From contig CM052817.1 of NCBI GenBank assembly GCA_028534125.1, positions 8,372,001-8,436,000 on the forward strand: 64,000 bases of DNA, in the 5' to 3' direction. The DNA is from Lama glama (lineage: Eukaryota). Positions 62,131 to 64,000 of the stretch are shown piece after piece. The notes beneath the pieces are model-generated. The model searched no databases and was not told the DNA's origin. It saw only the letters and a list, made by a program, of their open reading frames with translations. The stretch's first letter is position 1. Every line of letters starts with the position of its first letter. Both the position numbers and the translations under genes were made by a program.

Positions 62131-64000
62131 CCCACACTGATGGTCAGAGGGATAATCAGTTAATGTGTGTTCAGTGCATGCATGGGCACTTGGATGAAAG
62201 CATGCTTGTAGACTTGCTCTCCATCTGGCTCGAGCCTGCTCTTGTAAACTCAAAAATAGAAGACAAAACACTAAGAATTTCATGAAAATGTGTTGCTGTT
62301 GGGAAAGAAGAAAGCAAAATCCAGGGTCTAACGCCAGTTAGTCCCTGCTTCTCCTATAGCATCACAACACGTGCCCATCTGCAGGCACACGCAGAGTGCG
62401 ACAAATGGAAGCAACTCAGAGATGACGCTTTTACCTCACAAGGGAGAAAACAGGCACAGCGACAGTCGCCCAGGCCCGTGCTTTGCTGTACCTGGTACCA
62501 CAGTCTGCTTCTCCTGGCTCCCCATCGATGGCTTGGCACCTGACCCTGCTGTGACTGAGCTTTCACCGTGCAGTCTTCTTGTTTACACCCAAGACTTGCG
62601 GGAGATTCCACCGATGTCACCAAGTCCAGTTTGAAATTGTATAACAAGGTCACCTGACTGTGAGGTGATTCGCTCTGCAAGAACCTTGGTCCTCCCAGCC
62701 CACACCTCAGATTTGTAACGTCCCATTTCCTCCCATAAGCAAGCTTTTTGCCATCAGTAGGCGAGGGGGAATTTGTCATAAGAATTTTATAACCTTTTTA
62801 CCTGTTAGGAATTGGTGCTTTTCTGAGCTCCTTAACAACCACTGTCTTATGTAATCCAGCCAAGTGCCTCTCGGTAGACAGGAAAACTGTCATTATCAAC
62901 TCCTTTTGCAGGTGAATTGCATGAGGTTCAGGTATGGCCTCCTCCAGGATCCTCCTGGGACCATGGTGTCATCATCGTGGGAACAGGATGATGGACACTG
63001 CTGCGGAATTCTGGTGACCCTCTCACTTGCCCTCACAAACTGCCTCCACCCGTTCCACCTGCATGTGCTCCAGCTGTGTTCCTCCTTCAGGGCTGCCTTC
63101 TTCCCATGTCATTAGACTGACTCCCATCTTCTGGAACCCAGAGATCTGAATAGCCTGGATGCTCAAGCTAGGAAATGTGCGTGTGTGCGTGTGTGTGTGT
63201 AGATCTTGATTAACTTTCCATAAGAGCAATTCAGGATATTTGGACCTGCTACCGCTTACCCCTCTCCCTACTTGTATTTAAACTTCCCTTTCCCCGGTAG
63301 CTAAAAATGCAGTTCCTAGCTCTTTTCCCAGGCTGATTTGCAAAAACAGCTATTCCTACATGCCCACCCAATTTTTCCTCTTTTTTCTTTTTTTTTTAAT
63401 TCTGATTATCTTCTTCTAACCATCACCAAATTTAGCCAAGATAATATAAAACATTTCTCTTGAGCCTGGCCCAGTCTGGTCTCCTCAAGGCTCATATTCC
63501 CTTGGAAATCTAAAAGATGCATGAAAAGAGACAGTTTTTGAACAGTTCCCTGAGCTTCACTGCTTGCATGGCTAGTCAGAGACTCCATCCAAGGAGGACC
63601 TTTGGAGAACCCATAGGTTAGGGAGAGCTGCCCTTGGGCCTCCTTCCCTCTTAAGTCAAAGTGAAGGTTTCAGTTTCAAGCCTCAGGATGGGGGGTGGGG
63701 AGGCCCTCCCACGCAGCAGATCTCCTGCTCAGCAGGTTGAGGGCTGAGAGAGCTGATCAGAGGGAGGTTGGGCACTTGGGCTAAATGGGCGCGTCCTCCA
63801 TTGGAGCCCTGTTGGAAGAAAACACATCAGGCAGTCTAGAAAGTCAGCAAATACAGAGACCCAAGGTCAATGCTGACAGAGGAGGCTGCAAGGAGTCAGG
63901 CTGATTAGCAGCAGCTTTCCCGAAGGCAAGTGGGTTTGAACAATGCTCTGTGTTCTTCTTAACTTGCCCCCTTAAACGGGAAGAATTTTTCAGATATGTG

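Noticed and set aside
1..64000. Scattered AP-1 TGAGTCA/TGACTCA motifs
   Set aside because: Dispersed, with no evident clustering; I have no background model showing enrichment.

Overview
Repeat-rich, non-coding mammalian DNA (intergenic or deep intron), most likely camelid, inferred from the single tRNA-derived SINE at ~47.66 kb, the L1 3'UTR type and the apparent absence of Alu, Bov-A/BovB and PRE-1. I find no credible protein-coding gene, RNA gene or CRISPR array. The only ORFs with recognisable homology are fragments of L1 ORF2. The window contains old MIR/L2/L1M elements, MaLR and ERV solo LTRs, hAT/Tigger MITEs, several 5'-truncated younger L1s and a few repeat-free, motif-dense blocks that look like conserved enhancers. 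The most notable observations are: (1) a ~200 bp interstitial telomeric tract inside an ERV1-type solo LTR, with a palindromic junction and an internal duplication; (2) two copies of an ancient L1M-type 3' tail that appears to have been re-mobilised as the 3' end of a younger chimeric L1; (3) several multi-layer nested insertions; (4) a CpG-retaining LTR-like element with an intact promoter layout. Repeat family names come from my recall of consensus sequences, not from a database search, and boundaries of old repeats are approximate. Nothing here establishes a new biological system. The chimeric L1 tail is the best candidate for something undescribed.
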